From the NCBI GenBank assembly GCA_050287845.1, contig JBNKCR010000007.1:1-64000 (forward strand): a DNA stretch of 64,000 nt. Direction: 5' to 3'. The position numbers and the translations under genes were made by a program. Source of the stretch: Polyangia bacterium (GTDB lineage: Bacteria; Myxococcota_A; Polyangia; JAAYKL01). The notes beneath the pieces are model-generated. The model was not told the origin of the DNA and did no database searches. It was given only the letters and a program-made list of their open reading frames with translations. Positions 10,915 to 21,186 of the stretch are shown here, piece after piece (the first letter of the stretch is position 1; every line of letters starts with the position of its first letter).

Positions 10915-12963
10915 ATGCATGATGAGAATCCGTGTTTAACTCACATGTATTCTCAACCCAACACAGGATACTTTCCAGATGTGATGAAGTGTCCGAACAA
11001 CGGGATAGATTCCATGAGACAACAGACAGCATACGCAACACAATACGCTTCGGTACCGGCTACCGGCAGCAGCACGCAATCCCCCTCAGCAGACCAGGTA
11101 AACTGGCAGGCATATTATACATATGCCCAGCAACTCTATGATTCCGGACTTGTTGACCAGGCCAAAGAATACCATGCATATGCCCAGCAACTCTACGATG
11201 CGGAACAGATAAATGCACAGTCCACATCGACGGGTAAAGCGCAATCCCAATTCCAGACAGTGTCTCACACCCCGGCGGCATACCAGAGCGTTGCGCCCCA
11301 GACGCCGTCCGTGACCTCCTCAGCCAAATCCGAATCACCGAGCTCGTGGGAAACCCTCTACGAATACGCCCAGCAACTGTATGCGGCGGGGCAACAGACA
11401 GAAGCTCAGAAATACTGGCAACAGGCCCAGACACTATACGCCCGGGAATTTGGCCAGGCAGATACCGTGCAGCCATCCGCCAGCGCCACGCTGACGGAAC
11501 AGAAGCGTTCAACGGCATCGGTCTCCCCGCCACCAGTTCCCAAACCCACGAAGCCGCCGGCGCCGGCATCCGCTTCGGCTTCGTCCAGAACATCCACGTC
11601 CGGTTCCGCATGGCCATCCACATCCGGATCTTCCTGGCCGTCATCCACCGGTTCGTGGGGCACATCGGCATCCACATCGCAAACCTCATCCGCGAAAACG
11701 GCTGCCTCCACTTCCGCATGGCCGAGTGCCAATACTGCCTCCACCACTCCTTCGGTTGCTGCCTCCACTTCCGCACGGCCGAGTGCCAATACTGCTTCCA
11801 CCGCGCCTTCGGCTGCTGCCTCCACTTCCGCATGGCCGAGTGCCAATACTGCCTCCACCACTCCTTCAGCTGCCGCCTCCACTTCCGCATGGCCGAGTGC
11901 CAATACTGCCTCCACCACTCCTTCGGCTGCTGCCTCCACTTCCGCATGGCCGAGTGCCAATACAGATCAGACCGCCCACAAAAATTCAGTGTATGGCTAC
12001 ACCCCCGGCACAACATCAACGCAGAGTGCCACAGCAGGCGCATTCGGTGCAACCAGCTCGTGGGCTGATGACTACAGCGACTCATCGTTCGACGCGGTCC
12101 CGAAAAAACGACGTACCCGGAGCAGCAGAGGCATCAAGTTCTGGGCGTTAGTCAGTGCCGCAGCAACTCTGTTCATCTTCCTTTTCGGATACATCGGACT
12201 TCATGCCGTATATAAAGGGCAGCAGTTGCATCCGGACAGGGCAAAGAATGCCATATTGCAACCCATGGTGCGGGCACTGACCCCCACTTTCAAAAAAACC
12301 GATCAACTTTCTGCCGCAATGCAGCCCCTGTTATTCGAACTGAATATTCGGCGCACCAGACCGCAGAATTATTTGACCGAAGACGAAATTGAGAAACTTC
12401 AAAACGCTCTGGAGACTCCCGCGGCCAACGCGAGTGCTCCGGCCGTCAACATTGACCACGTTACAGCCGCGGCCGCGGCCGAGCCACTGCCACCAGCACC
12501 GGCGGCCGATGCGGTTGCCCCTTCCGCCGATACGCCCACCGCTGAAGCCACCAGTCCGGATGTTGCCACTGACGCCGGGGACGCTCCATCTGCGGATACA
12601 CCAGCAGCAGAAAACATCGGAGCAACCGGGAACGACGCGCAGAACAAAACGGCAACTGACGGCTCTACCGAACCTGCTGCCGCGGAAGAAGCACCGAGTG
12701 CGCTTCCAACCCGGCAGCCCGCGCCTCCCGCCCCTGTGGTATCAAAGCCGGTTCATCACTCGGCCAGTTCCACTTCCCGAAGCAGCAGAAGCGCTGTGGA
12801 CAGAAGAAGAGACCGTGGTGAAAAATCCCATTCGCGCTCCCGAAGCAACCACAGCGTGAGCCAGCAACGCAACTCGAATCAATCTGCACAACCCAGACCC
12901 AAAAAAAAGAAACGCAGCATCAGCACAGATCCCCTTGCGGGAATCAATCTGGACTCCCTGTAA
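10915..12963 (+). CDS. Hypothetical bitopic membrane protein with low-complexity repeats (true start may be ATG 11014)
   Basis: 682-aa ORF; two YAQQLY helical modules, Ser/Thr/Ala repeats, one TM (FWALVSAAATLFIFLFGYIGL), Pro/Ala-rich C-terminus. Confidence 0.75.
   Translation: MHDENPCLTHMYSQPNTGYFPDVMKCPNNGIDSMRQQTAYATQYASVPATGSSTQSPSADQVNWQAYYTYAQQLYDSGLVDQAKEYHAYAQQLYDAEQINAQSTSTGKAQSQFQTVSHTPAAYQSVAPQTPSVTSSAKSESPSSWETLYEYAQQLYAAGQQTEAQKYWQQAQTLYAREFGQADTVQPSASATLTEQKRSTASVSPPPVPKPTKPPAPASASASSRTSTSGSAWPSTSGSSWPSSTGSWGTSASTSQTSSAKTAASTSAWPSANTASTTPSVAASTSARPSANTASTAPSAAASTSAWPSANTASTTPSAAASTSAWPSANTASTTPSAAASTSAWPSANTDQTAHKNSVYGYTPGTTSTQSATAGAFGATSSWADDYSDSSFDAVPKKRRTRSSRGIKFWALVSAAATLFIFLFGYIGLHAVYKGQQLHPDRAKNAILQPMVRALTPTFKKTDQLSAAMQPLLFELNIRRTRPQNYLTEDEIEKLQNALETPAANASAPAVNIDHVTAAAAAEPLPPAPAADAVAPSADTPTAEATSPDVATDAGDAPSADTPAAENIGATGNDAQNKTATDGSTEPAAAEEAPSALPTRQPAPPAPVVSKPVHHSASSTSRSSRSAVDRRRDRGEKSHSRSRSNHSVSQQRNSNQSAQPRPKKKKRSISTDPLAGINLDSL
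11701..11963 (+). repeat. 57-bp coding tandem repeat (AASTSAWPSANTASTTPSA), about 4.6 copies
   Basis: Units start at 11701, 11758, 11815, 11872 and 11929. Confidence 0.95.
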
Positions 12964-13102
12964 GGGCCCTATTCCCCCAATCCCCCCTGTCAGTTGAAAA
13001 AAAACGCTGGAATAAACGCTTTTCCTTTTCCATTATCCGGCATACCAGGTATGCGGTAATAACCCGGCACGCCAAGCCGATATGTCGATGAAAGGACTCC
13101 CA

Positions 13103-15946
13103 GTGACACGTATCTCCATTCGCGGCGCCAGAACTCACAATCTGAAAAATATTGATCTGGATTTGCCAGGAAATCAGTTGGTGGTCATCACCGGTCCATC
13201 CGGTTCCGGAAAGTCTTCACTGGCCTTCGACACCCTGTTCGCCCAGGGGCAACGCAACTATGTGGAGAGCCTGTCCGTCAACGCCAGACAGTTCATTTCC
13301 CAGATGCCACGCCCCGATGTGGACACCATCTCCGGACTCACTCCCACCATCGCCATCGGACAACATCGCTCCGCCGGTTCTCCGCGATCCACCGTGGGAA
13401 CCGCCACCGAACTGCACGACTTTCTTCGGGTGCTGTTCGCCCGGGCGGGCACGCCCCACTGCCCAGAATGCCAGACCGTCATCCGGCCCAGGACGATCAC
13501 TCAAATGGCCAATGAACTGCAGACGACCTTCAGCGAAGGTGTCCGTTTCAGCATTCTCGCCCCGGTGGCCCGAAAACATACCGGCCCACTGCCTCCACTC
13601 CTCTCCCGTCTGGAGCGTGACGGATATGTGCGGGTACGTATCGATGGCGAGATGCACCACCTGAATGAACCACTCCACGTCAAAGCGAAAGGCCCCCACG
13701 ATGTGGACATAACCATTGACCGCCTGGTCATGAAGCCGGACATGGGAAATCGGCTGGCAGACAGCCTGGAACTGGCATTGAAGGAATCCGGGGGACTGGC
13801 CATTATCATTCCCGAAGAAGGTAAGGAACAGACGCTTACCGATCGATTGGCATGCGCCATCTGTGGCACATCCGCACCTGCCCTGAAACCGTCCGACTTT
13901 TCCTTCAATTCGCCCAACGGCGCCTGTCCGGCATGCGCCGGATTGGGAGTGGAGCTCTACTTCGATGAATACCGCATCGTGCCCGATCCCACCCTGTCCA
14001 TCAGAGACGGCGCCATCGCGCCCTGGAGCCGCCGCAACACGCCCTACTACCGACAACTGCTGGATGCGGTGACCACCCGATACGGCATTGACCCGTTCAA
14101 ACCGTGGAATCAACTCTCCAGGAAACACCGCGATATTCTCCTGAACGGCACACGGGACGAAATCGAATTTACGGTTGAAAAAGGAAAAGGCGTATCCAGC
14201 TATAAAAAAGCATTTGAAGGTATCCGAGCCAATCTCGAACGTCGGGCAGCGGAGTACGAAAAACGACAGCGGGAAAAAAGCGGATTTGCCGATTTTCTCT
14301 CCGACGAATTTGGACGCTATATGAGTAGCCGAACCTGCGAAAGCTGCCATGGCGCCCGATTGAAGCCGGAAAGCCTGGAGGTAAAAATCGGCAACCACAA
14401 CCTCGCCACCCTGTTGGACCTCTCCATCGAAGACCTCATTGCGTTTTTCGAAAATGTCACAATGGAAGAACGCCAGCAGAATATCGCCGCGCCCATCCTC
14501 AGAGAAATGCACACACGGTTATCCTTTCTGCACAAGGTGGGGCTCTCATACCTGCAGCTCAGTCGCGCCATGAATACCATCTCCGGCGGTGAAGCCCAGC
14601 GCATCCGCCTGGCCAATCAGCTGGGGTCGTCCCTGACCGGCGTCACCTACATTCTGGATGAGCCTTCCATCGGCCTGCATCCCCGGGACCATGATCGCCT
14701 GCTCGCCATTCTCGGAGAGCTCAAAGACCGGGGAAACTCTGTCATTGTGGTGGAACACGACCCGGATACCATGCGCGTCGCCGACTACCTGGTGGACATG
14801 GGCCCCGGAGCTGGCATAAAGGGAGGCGAAGTCATCGCCCACGGCACGCCGGCAGATGTTATGCGCACCGCCGCGTCCATTACCGGACGGTATCTCAGCG
14901 GCAACGCCCGCATTCGCCGGACCCAACAGCGGGTCATCGACTCGCAGGCGGGCGAAATCACTATCACCAACGCCACTACCCACAATCTGAAAAACGTATC
15001 CGTCACCATTCCCCTTGGCAAGCTGGTAGCGGTCACCGGGGTATCCGGCTCCGGGAAAAGCTCCCTCATCATGGATACCCTGCTCCCCGCCGCCAGACTC
15101 GCCCTGCGCGGAGAATCTTTCGCAGCGCTTCCGGAAGGAGGGGTCGTCAAAGGCGTTCGTCGGCATCTGAACCGGGTCATCGCCATCGATCAATCCCCCA
15201 TCGGCAAGTCGCCGCGATCCAATCCTGCCACTTTCACCGGGGTTCTGGGAGATATTCGGGACCTGTTTGCCACGCTGCCGGAGGCCCGACGGCGTGGATA
15301 CAAAAAAGGTCGCTTTTCATTCAATATCAGGGGCGGTCGATGTGAGGCATGCCAGGGCGACGGACAAATCCGGGTAGAAATGAACTTTCTGCCCGACGCG
15401 TTCATCACCTGTGAAGAGTGCGGTGGTAAAAGATACAACAGGGAAACCCTTGAGATTCTGTACAGGGGCAACAGCATCGCCGATATCCTGTCCCTCACCT
15501 GCACCGAAGCATATGACTTTCTCGAAAACCATCCAAAGATTCGCCAGAAACTGACGGCCCTTCGAGAGGTGGGATTGGGATACATCTCCCTCGGACAAAA
15601 TGCGGCCACCCTCTCCGGAGGAGAAGCCCAGCGGCTCAAATTGGCCCGTGAACTCTCGACCACGGCCACCGGTCGCACATTATACATCATGGATGAGCCC
15701 ACCACCGGTCTTCACTTCGAAGATATTCGCGCCCTGATTGAAATGCTCAACCGTCTGGTGGAAGGGGGCAATTCCATCGTGCTCATTGAACACAACGTGG
15801 ACGTGATGAAATGCGTCGACTGGATTGTCGACCTCGGTCCCGAAGGAGGTCAGGCCGGTGGGCAAATCGTCGCCCAGGGGACACCGGAGCAGATTTCCAA
15901 ATCAGGCACCGCCACCGGCACCGTCCTCAAACGCGCATTGGGATAA
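13103..15946 (+). CDS. uvrA: Excinuclease ABC subunit A
   Basis: GARTHNLKN, two Walker A motifs (GPSGSGKSS, GVSGSGKSS), zinc fingers, two SGGEAQR signatures; GTG 13103 follows AAGGA RBS (ORF track start 13082). Confidence 0.98.
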   Translation: MTRISIRGARTHNLKNIDLDLPGNQLVVITGPSGSGKSSLAFDTLFAQGQRNYVESLSVNARQFISQMPRPDVDTISGLTPTIAIGQHRSAGSPRSTVGTATELHDFLRVLFARAGTPHCPECQTVIRPRTITQMANELQTTFSEGVRFSILAPVARKHTGPLPPLLSRLERDGYVRVRIDGEMHHLNEPLHVKAKGPHDVDITIDRLVMKPDMGNRLADSLELALKESGGLAIIIPEEGKEQTLTDRLACAICGTSAPALKPSDFSFNSPNGACPACAGLGVELYFDEYRIVPDPTLSIRDGAIAPWSRRNTPYYRQLLDAVTTRYGIDPFKPWNQLSRKHRDILLNGTRDEIEFTVEKGKGVSSYKKAFEGIRANLERRAAEYEKRQREKSGFADFLSDEFGRYMSSRTCESCHGARLKPESLEVKIGNHNLATLLDLSIEDLIAFFENVTMEERQQNIAAPILREMHTRLSFLHKVGLSYLQLSRAMNTISGGEAQRIRLANQLGSSLTGVTYILDEPSIGLHPRDHDRLLAILGELKDRGNSVIVVEHDPDTMRVADYLVDMGPGAGIKGGEVIAHGTPADVMRTAASITGRYLSGNARIRRTQQRVIDSQAGEITITNATTHNLKNVSVTIPLGKLVAVTGVSGSGKSSLIMDTLLPAARLALRGESFAALPEGGVVKGVRRHLNRVIAIDQSPIGKSPRSNPATFTGVLGDIRDLFATLPEARRRGYKKGRFSFNIRGGRCEACQGDGQIRVEMNFLPDAFITCEECGGKRYNRETLEILYRGNSIADILSLTCTEAYDFLENHPKIRQKLTALREVGLGYISLGQNAATLSGGEAQRLKLARELSTTATGRTLYIMDEPTTGLHFEDIRALIEMLNRLVEGGNSIVLIEHNVDVMKCVDWIVDLGPEGGQAGGQIVAQGTPEQISKSGTATGTVLKRALG

Positions 15947-16009
15947 GAATCGCGCTGCCCCGGGCCGAGCTGGCGGTACGCATTTTTGGGATTGTGAGGA
16001 GTTGTCGAT

Positions 16010-16699
16010 TCAAAAGCTGGCGGTGGCGCCTTCGAATCCATAGTCGAGAAGTTCCAACCGGGCGGATTGGCTTACAGATTTCACGATGCCGCAGATGGGG
16101 ACTTCGGAGTGGGCATATGCCTCACTGGTAATATGCGTTCCCATATAGAACTCTGTCGTCAGGCGGTCGCACCCGGTGAAATGGCCCGCAATCACCGACA
16201 CATTTTCGTTGGCGTTCGTATCCCATTCCTGCCGAATCAGGGACAACATTCTTTTAAAAAAGGGCCGGGTCACTGTCAGCATCATCGAGTCGTACTCGAC
16301 GGGAGCACCGTCTTCATTCCTTTCAACCACACGTCTGATATCCATGCTTTTCAGATTTCGCAAGTCCCACTTCACCAGCATCCGGTATGCTGTCGAATAG
16401 TAGTAGCTCACCAGGCTGTACTCCAACCAGATGGCATCCCCCTCCGCGCCGACCACTTTGTAGGTCAACAACGACGGCTCCCCTTTTTCATCGATCACCC
16501 GATACCTGACCCATTGACCGGAAGCCGGCGGTTTCGCCTTTCCCTCACTCGGTGTGGTCACATTATGCCCGCCAGATACTGCTGCAACCTCAGCATCCAC
16601 CTGACTTTTCAACTGTGGATTCAACGTCGGGTGACCACAGGCGACCAATAGCAATCCCAATGCAGAAAGTATGATGATTGTGCAGGTTTCCTTTAACAT
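16010..16699 (-). CDS. Hypothetical lipoprotein
   Basis: Lipobox LVAC after hydrophobic stretch; start moved to ATG 16699 (GGAAGG RBS). Confidence 0.7.
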   Translation of the reverse strand: MLKETCTIIILSALGLLLVACGHPTLNPQLKSQVDAEVAAVSGGHNVTTPSEGKAKPPASGQWVRYRVIDEKGEPSLLTYKVVGAEGDAIWLEYSLVSYYYSTAYRMLVKWDLRNLKSMDIRRVVERNEDGAPVEYDSMMLTVTRPFFKRMLSLIRQEWDTNANENVSVIAGHFTGCDRLTTEFYMGTHITSEAYAHSEVPICGIVKSVSQSARLELLDYGFEGATASF

Positions 16700-16873
16700 T
16701 TTTTGCCTTCCTTTCGGCTGTTCCCTGTCTTCAGAGATGTTTTTAAGGGGCGCAGTACAGTGCCCGGTTACGCACCCCTGCTCGGCCACCAGCGGGTTAT
16801 GTTGCAAAAAAGTTGTCCTGCGTGTTTTTCACCGATATGGAACACCACTGAATTTCTGAAAGACTGGACGCTT

Positions 16874-17521
16874 CTACTCGCTCCGGGACGGTGCCGCGGA
16901 TGATGGGGTCTCGTTCTTTTCGGATGAATTGTTGTCCTTCCATCCCTCCCGCAACGATTCAAAGTACGAATCGAATTTTTCATGCACCAGACCGATGGTT
17001 TCTTTGGCGGTGTCCACAATTGTATCTTCCGATTCGAACTTTCGGGCTTCAATGAGGCCAATCGCCTCCGTTGCACCCCGATCGACCGAAGCCCGGAGCA
17101 CATGTTCAAAACTATCGATGAGCTCTTCTTCGCTCATGTCCCTGTGCTGGGACTTCCAAATCTCAAAGAGGCCAGTGGTTCCGCGGAATATCCGTTCGGC
17201 TGTTGCCTCCGGCGACCAGTCCCTGTCCGCGAGGGCCATGGGTTCAATCCCCGCCTCGTCCAGCATCTCCTTGACCTTCCGGCCCACTTCCTTTTCGAGA
17301 AGCTGATTCACGTCATCAACAGAAAGTCCAGCGGACAAATCCACCCGGTCGACCGAAGTCGCGTGCCCCGTGTGTTTTTTCTCCGCCGCCCGGTCTTTTC
17401 CCGATAGCGTGACACGATCAATAATCTGCCGGTCCCGCATTGCAGCCACCGAAGACGGTTTTGCCCTGGTGGCCTGCGCGTTGGCCGCATACACTTCTTT
17501 GGGGTTGAGACTGATTTGCAT
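16874..17521 (-). CDS. DUF5610-like hypothetical protein
   Basis: DWSPEATAERI ... VDRGATEA ... KET pattern resembles DUF5610; GGAGG RBS. Confidence 0.6.
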   Translation of the reverse strand: MQISLNPKEVYAANAQATRAKPSSVAAMRDRQIIDRVTLSGKDRAAEKKHTGHATSVDRVDLSAGLSVDDVNQLLEKEVGRKVKEMLDEAGIEPMALADRDWSPEATAERIFRGTTGLFEIWKSQHRDMSEEELIDSFEHVLRASVDRGATEAIGLIEARKFESEDTIVDTAKETIGLVHEKFDSYFESLREGWKDNNSSEKNETPSSAAPSRSE

Positions 17522-17790
17522 GACTGACCTCCCTGTCAGATATTGGCCCTACTCCGCACACACCCGGCCCCTCAATTATAATAACGGCTTTTCTGACGGA
17601 AAGTTGAGGGATGAATCCCCCCAACAATGGAAAGAAAGTGTCGCGTGGTCTCCTCACTGAATGTATTCGTTCCAGCGACAGAAAATTTAAGCCAATTTTC
17701 TCGTATCCCCCATTATTCCATTCATGCAGTGATGTTCCAAAGCTCGAAAATTGTATTTGGAGACAACCCGAAAAATGACGTAATCAGTGA

Positions 17791-18597
17791 TTATTTAAAG
17801 AAATCTGCCAGCAGTGCGATGGTTTTGTCGGGGCATTCTTCAATGGGCGAATGTCCGCAGTCCTCAATGATTTGAAGCGATGCCCGCTTTATTTTTCGAA
17901 CGGTTTCATTCCCCACATAAAAAGGTATCAGCGGGTCCTGTCTACCCCAGATCACCAGTGTATCCGCCTCTACATTTGTCAGACTTGCAATGACTGGCGA
18001 CGGATCCGCCGTGGCCCGGACAGCCCGAAGAATCACATCCCGGTTCCTGCTGAAACTGCGGTAATACCCGCGAATTCGCTCCGCGTTCAATTTGGTTGCA
18101 TCAAGAAATACATCATTCCTGAAATAGCTGAAGAACATCTTTTCGCCATACAGCACCTTGAAGATGAAATCTCCCAGCAGCGGGACCCGGGGGATACGCC
18201 CTTTCAGTGGCAACCGAAACCGGGCCGTCACCGAGTCGATGAGCGCCAGCTGCGCCACCCGCTCCGGCATCTGACCCGCCAGCATTGCTGCGACACCCCC
18301 CCCCATAGAGTGACCACACACATCAAATGTATTGAGCCCCAGCGCATCCACCACGGATTTGACCACGTCGGCATGTCCCTGCCAGGACGCGACAAATCCC
18401 CTCCCCACAGAAGATGCCCCGTGACCGGGAAAATCTATCGCGATTAATTGCCGACCGGTAAACAAGTCGTCAAACAATGGCAGGAACGTATCCATGGACG
18501 AAAAGAGACCATGTACGAGTAGCAGGGGATTGCCTGAACCGGCGATCTTCACCTGCACCGTGCCCTGGCTCGTTTCGATATTTTTTATCTCGGTCAT
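17791..18597 (-). CDS. Alpha/beta fold hydrolase
   Basis: LLVHG, DFPGHG, GHSMGG nucleophile elbow, WGRQD, GHSP. Confidence 0.93.
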   Translation of the reverse strand: MTEIKNIETSQGTVQVKIAGSGNPLLLVHGLFSSMDTFLPLFDDLFTGRQLIAIDFPGHGASSVGRGFVASWQGHADVVKSVVDALGLNTFDVCGHSMGGGVAAMLAGQMPERVAQLALIDSVTARFRLPLKGRIPRVPLLGDFIFKVLYGEKMFFSYFRNDVFLDATKLNAERIRGYYRSFSRNRDVILRAVRATADPSPVIASLTNVEADTLVIWGRQDPLIPFYVGNETVRKIKRASLQIIEDCGHSPIEECPDKTIALLADFFK

Positions 18598-18633
18598 TGC
18601 GCTTCAATCTAGCACGATTCGGGAAATAAAGGT

Positions 18634-19122
18634 ATGAAGCAAATCATGAAGGAAGCAAAATTCTCCATCGCAAATACTTCAGATACCGTCACCTTCGGAC
18701 AGAAACTGGCAACCCTTGTACATAGAGGCGATGTAATCGGTCTGTGTGGCGACCTGGGTGCCGGAAAGACCTTCCTGGCCCATGCATTGTGTCGCGCCAT
18801 TGGCGTGCCGGAATCTCAACCGGTCAACAGTCCGACATTTACCATCATAAATGAGTATGAATGTAATGGACTTCCCATTTATCACATGGACCTCTATCGG
18901 TTGGGGGCACCGGAAGAGCTCTACGATCTCGGATTGTGGGAATACTACGATGGCGACGGCATCTGTCTTGTGGAATGGTGTGATAAATTTGACGATTTAT
19001 GGCCCGAAGAGGCACTGATGCTGCGGTTGCATCTGGGAGATGGTGAGGTGCGGATCATCGACGCCAAAGGCCAGGGCAGAGGCGCGGAACTGGTGGACCT
19101 GCTGCGCAAGATTTATCAATAA
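18634..19122 (+). CDS. tsaE: tRNA threonylcarbamoyladenosine biosynthesis ATPase TsaE
   Basis: GDLGAGKT, SPTFTIINEY, HMDLYRL, VEW. Confidence 0.97.
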   Translation: MKQIMKEAKFSIANTSDTVTFGQKLATLVHRGDVIGLCGDLGAGKTFLAHALCRAIGVPESQPVNSPTFTIINEYECNGLPIYHMDLYRLGAPEELYDLGLWEYYDGDGICLVEWCDKFDDLWPEEALMLRLHLGDGEVRIIDAKGQGRGAELVDLLRKIYQ

Positions 19123-19268
19123 TTCCGTTCGTTTATCTGACAGAAGGGGATTCCATTCGGCATCGGGAAAATTTGTATTTAAAAGACACAGCGCATCACC
19201 GGACGCGAAAAGATATTTTGAAAATCACGCCACTTGTTTGTACGCTGAAAACCGGAGGCCCAATTAAA

Positions 19269-20015
19269 ATGTTCAGGAAATTCATGAAAACCAAAGTGTC
19301 CGACATCGCGGAGATCAGCGAACTGGGCTTGAAGATGTCGTGGAGTCCTACGCTGCAAATCCGGGATGCTGTGAGCTTTGAAGCACCTGCTGCCATCTCC
19401 AATGCCATATTTTCGGGCCGATGCGTCATCGGGTATCTCAGTTCCATCCGAAGGGGCTGCCACTTTTCCGGCACCGACATCGGACGGTATTGCAGCGTCG
19501 CGCCCAATGCCTTTGTGGGGGGCGGCGAACATCCCCTGGACTGGCTGAGCACCCATGGCTTTCAATACGCCAACGGCAGCATGTTCGGTGACGACGAAAA
19601 ATTTGTGTCCCTCGCCGGCCAGAAGCGGTTCACCCAGCCCAAAGGACGGGTTCAGATAGGACACGATGTATGGCTGGGCGAAGGGGTTCACATTTCGCGT
19701 GGGGTCAATATTGGCCACGGCGCAGCGGTGGCCGCCAGATCGGTGGTCACAGCGGACATTGCCCCCTACGCCATTGTCGCCGGCGTCCCGGCAAAACCGC
19801 TTCGTTTCCGCTTTACCGAGGAAATTATCGATTCACTTCTCCGACTGAAATGGTGGGACTACGATTTGGCGCCAGTGGCCAGGCGAATTGACTACAGCAA
19901 TATCCACAAAGCCATAGAAACCCTGGAAAATGCCATCGACACCCATAAAATCCATAAATTGAACACACGCCTTCAGACCCTCACCAGAAAAAACAAAGAA
20001 TTTATTGTATCGTAA
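19269..20015 (+). CDS. CatB/Vat-related hexapeptide-repeat O-acetyltransferase
   Basis: IGRYCSVA, HPLDWLST, IGHDVWLG, VAGVPAKPLRFRF, LKWWD; start moved to ATG 19269 (GGAGG RBS). Confidence 0.88.
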   Translation: MFRKFMKTKVSDIAEISELGLKMSWSPTLQIRDAVSFEAPAAISNAIFSGRCVIGYLSSIRRGCHFSGTDIGRYCSVAPNAFVGGGEHPLDWLSTHGFQYANGSMFGDDEKFVSLAGQKRFTQPKGRVQIGHDVWLGEGVHISRGVNIGHGAAVAARSVVTADIAPYAIVAGVPAKPLRFRFTEEIIDSLLRLKWWDYDLAPVARRIDYSNIHKAIETLENAIDTHKIHKLNTRLQTLTRKNKEFIVS

Positions 20016-20060
20016 AAACCGAATGGTCTCACTGCACTATAGACCACAAATGGACTGGGG

Positions 20061-21170
20061 CTATTTCAGCCGGACAATTCCCGCATGCAACAGCTTTCTC
20101 AACACCCGCAGGGTATCCAGTTCGCCCAGGGACGTGGAAACGACCAGCATACCCACATCCCATTTGCCATTCAGCCGGCCACCGAGAAAGATTTCTTTCT
20201 GGCTCAGGGGCATCTGACTCAGTTTTTCCCGATCGATGGTCAGCACCGGGGTGAGATGGGGCGGTATCTGCTGATACAGATATCGAAGATGTGCTTCCCG
20301 AAGCGAGCGCATCAATTCCCTGGCATCCGGATTTTCGGGCTCCAGACTTAAAATGGTGGCAAGAAGCTCCCGGGCTTCCTCAAATTGCTGTTCCGACAGA
20401 AGTACCCGTGCATTTTCCACGAGCTCCCGGATTGGGCCGAGGGCTTCGTGATTCTCATGTCCATCGTTTATCCGGTCGATCTCAATCTTCTTTTTCTGAT
20501 AGAGCCGATACAATTTTTCATACACCGTGTACCGTCCCAGTTCGAGCCGCATGCACAAATCGCCAATGGCAATGGGCCCCCCCATTTCGGTGATTGATTT
20601 ATGGACGAAATCGGAACTCTCTCCCACGGCGCGGACCACGGTCAGGTTGCTGGGAAACACTTCTTTAATCCGGTTCCATTCGTCCATGCGGCGCATCGTA
20701 TCCAGCAGTGCATTTTTTGTGGAAATGGGCTTTTCCAGACGCATGGTCTGATTCTGCCGGGTATCCGGGGCGTCATCGGCATTTCCGGAACGGAAATGAA
20801 AACTTCCATCCGAATTCAACAGCAGATCCAGTAAAATCTCCATGGCATATTCGCGCTCCGCACTTACCAGACCCTCATATGTCATCATCTCATTGGCCAC
20901 GGTCCTTGCCTTGAGCGATCCCATCTGGCTCCTGGGTTGCATGAGCAACTGCAACTGGTCTTCGGTGATCTTTCCATGTCGAAGCAAATAATGTCCCAAA
21001 TCCAGGCGAAGCGACTCACCGCTGATCCCCACTACATCACCCGAGTCAAACATCACGGTTGTTTCTTCCATATCCATGGTGACCACCAGGTGTCCAGTCG
21101 CTTTGCTCTCCATAATCCACTGGATGACGTCGGTCAGAGGCATCGTGTCAAAAGTTCCGAAAAGTGCCAC
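20061..21170 (-). CDS. DUF4388 (PatA_N-like) domain protein with TPR-like helix pair
   Basis: ALFGTFDTMPLTDVIQW ... TGHL; LGHYLLRHGKIT; GSFHF; MRRMDEW. Confidence 0.8.
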   Translation of the reverse strand: MALFGTFDTMPLTDVIQWIMESKATGHLVVTMDMEETTVMFDSGDVVGISGESLRLDLGHYLLRHGKITEDQLQLLMQPRSQMGSLKARTVANEMMTYEGLVSAEREYAMEILLDLLLNSDGSFHFRSGNADDAPDTRQNQTMRLEKPISTKNALLDTMRRMDEWNRIKEVFPSNLTVVRAVGESSDFVHKSITEMGGPIAIGDLCMRLELGRYTVYEKLYRLYQKKKIEIDRINDGHENHEALGPIRELVENARVLLSEQQFEEARELLATILSLEPENPDARELMRSLREAHLRYLYQQIPPHLTPVLTIDREKLSQMPLSQKEIFLGGRLNGKWDVGMLVVSTSLGELDTLRVLRKLLHAGIVRLK

Positions 21171-21186
21171 GTTTCAAGTCCTTTCC

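Noticed and set aside
11060..12151. Overlapping repeat ORFs (WHSAMRKWRQ, LPPLPHGRVP) and CRISPR-like periodicity
   Set aside because: Alternative frames of the 57-bp coding VNTR; no spacers
12964..13102. LexA/SOS box upstream of uvrA
   Set aside because: No convincing match to LexA motifs I know
13217..14512. Long antisense ORFs opposite uvrA and other genes (e.g. 5069-6151, 39435-40559, 43196-44295)
   Set aside because: Typical antisense shadows of well-supported genes in GC-rich codon usage
19269..20015. Acquired antibiotic resistance gene (vat/catB)
   Set aside because: Family-level motifs only, no mobile-element context; substrate cannot be inferred
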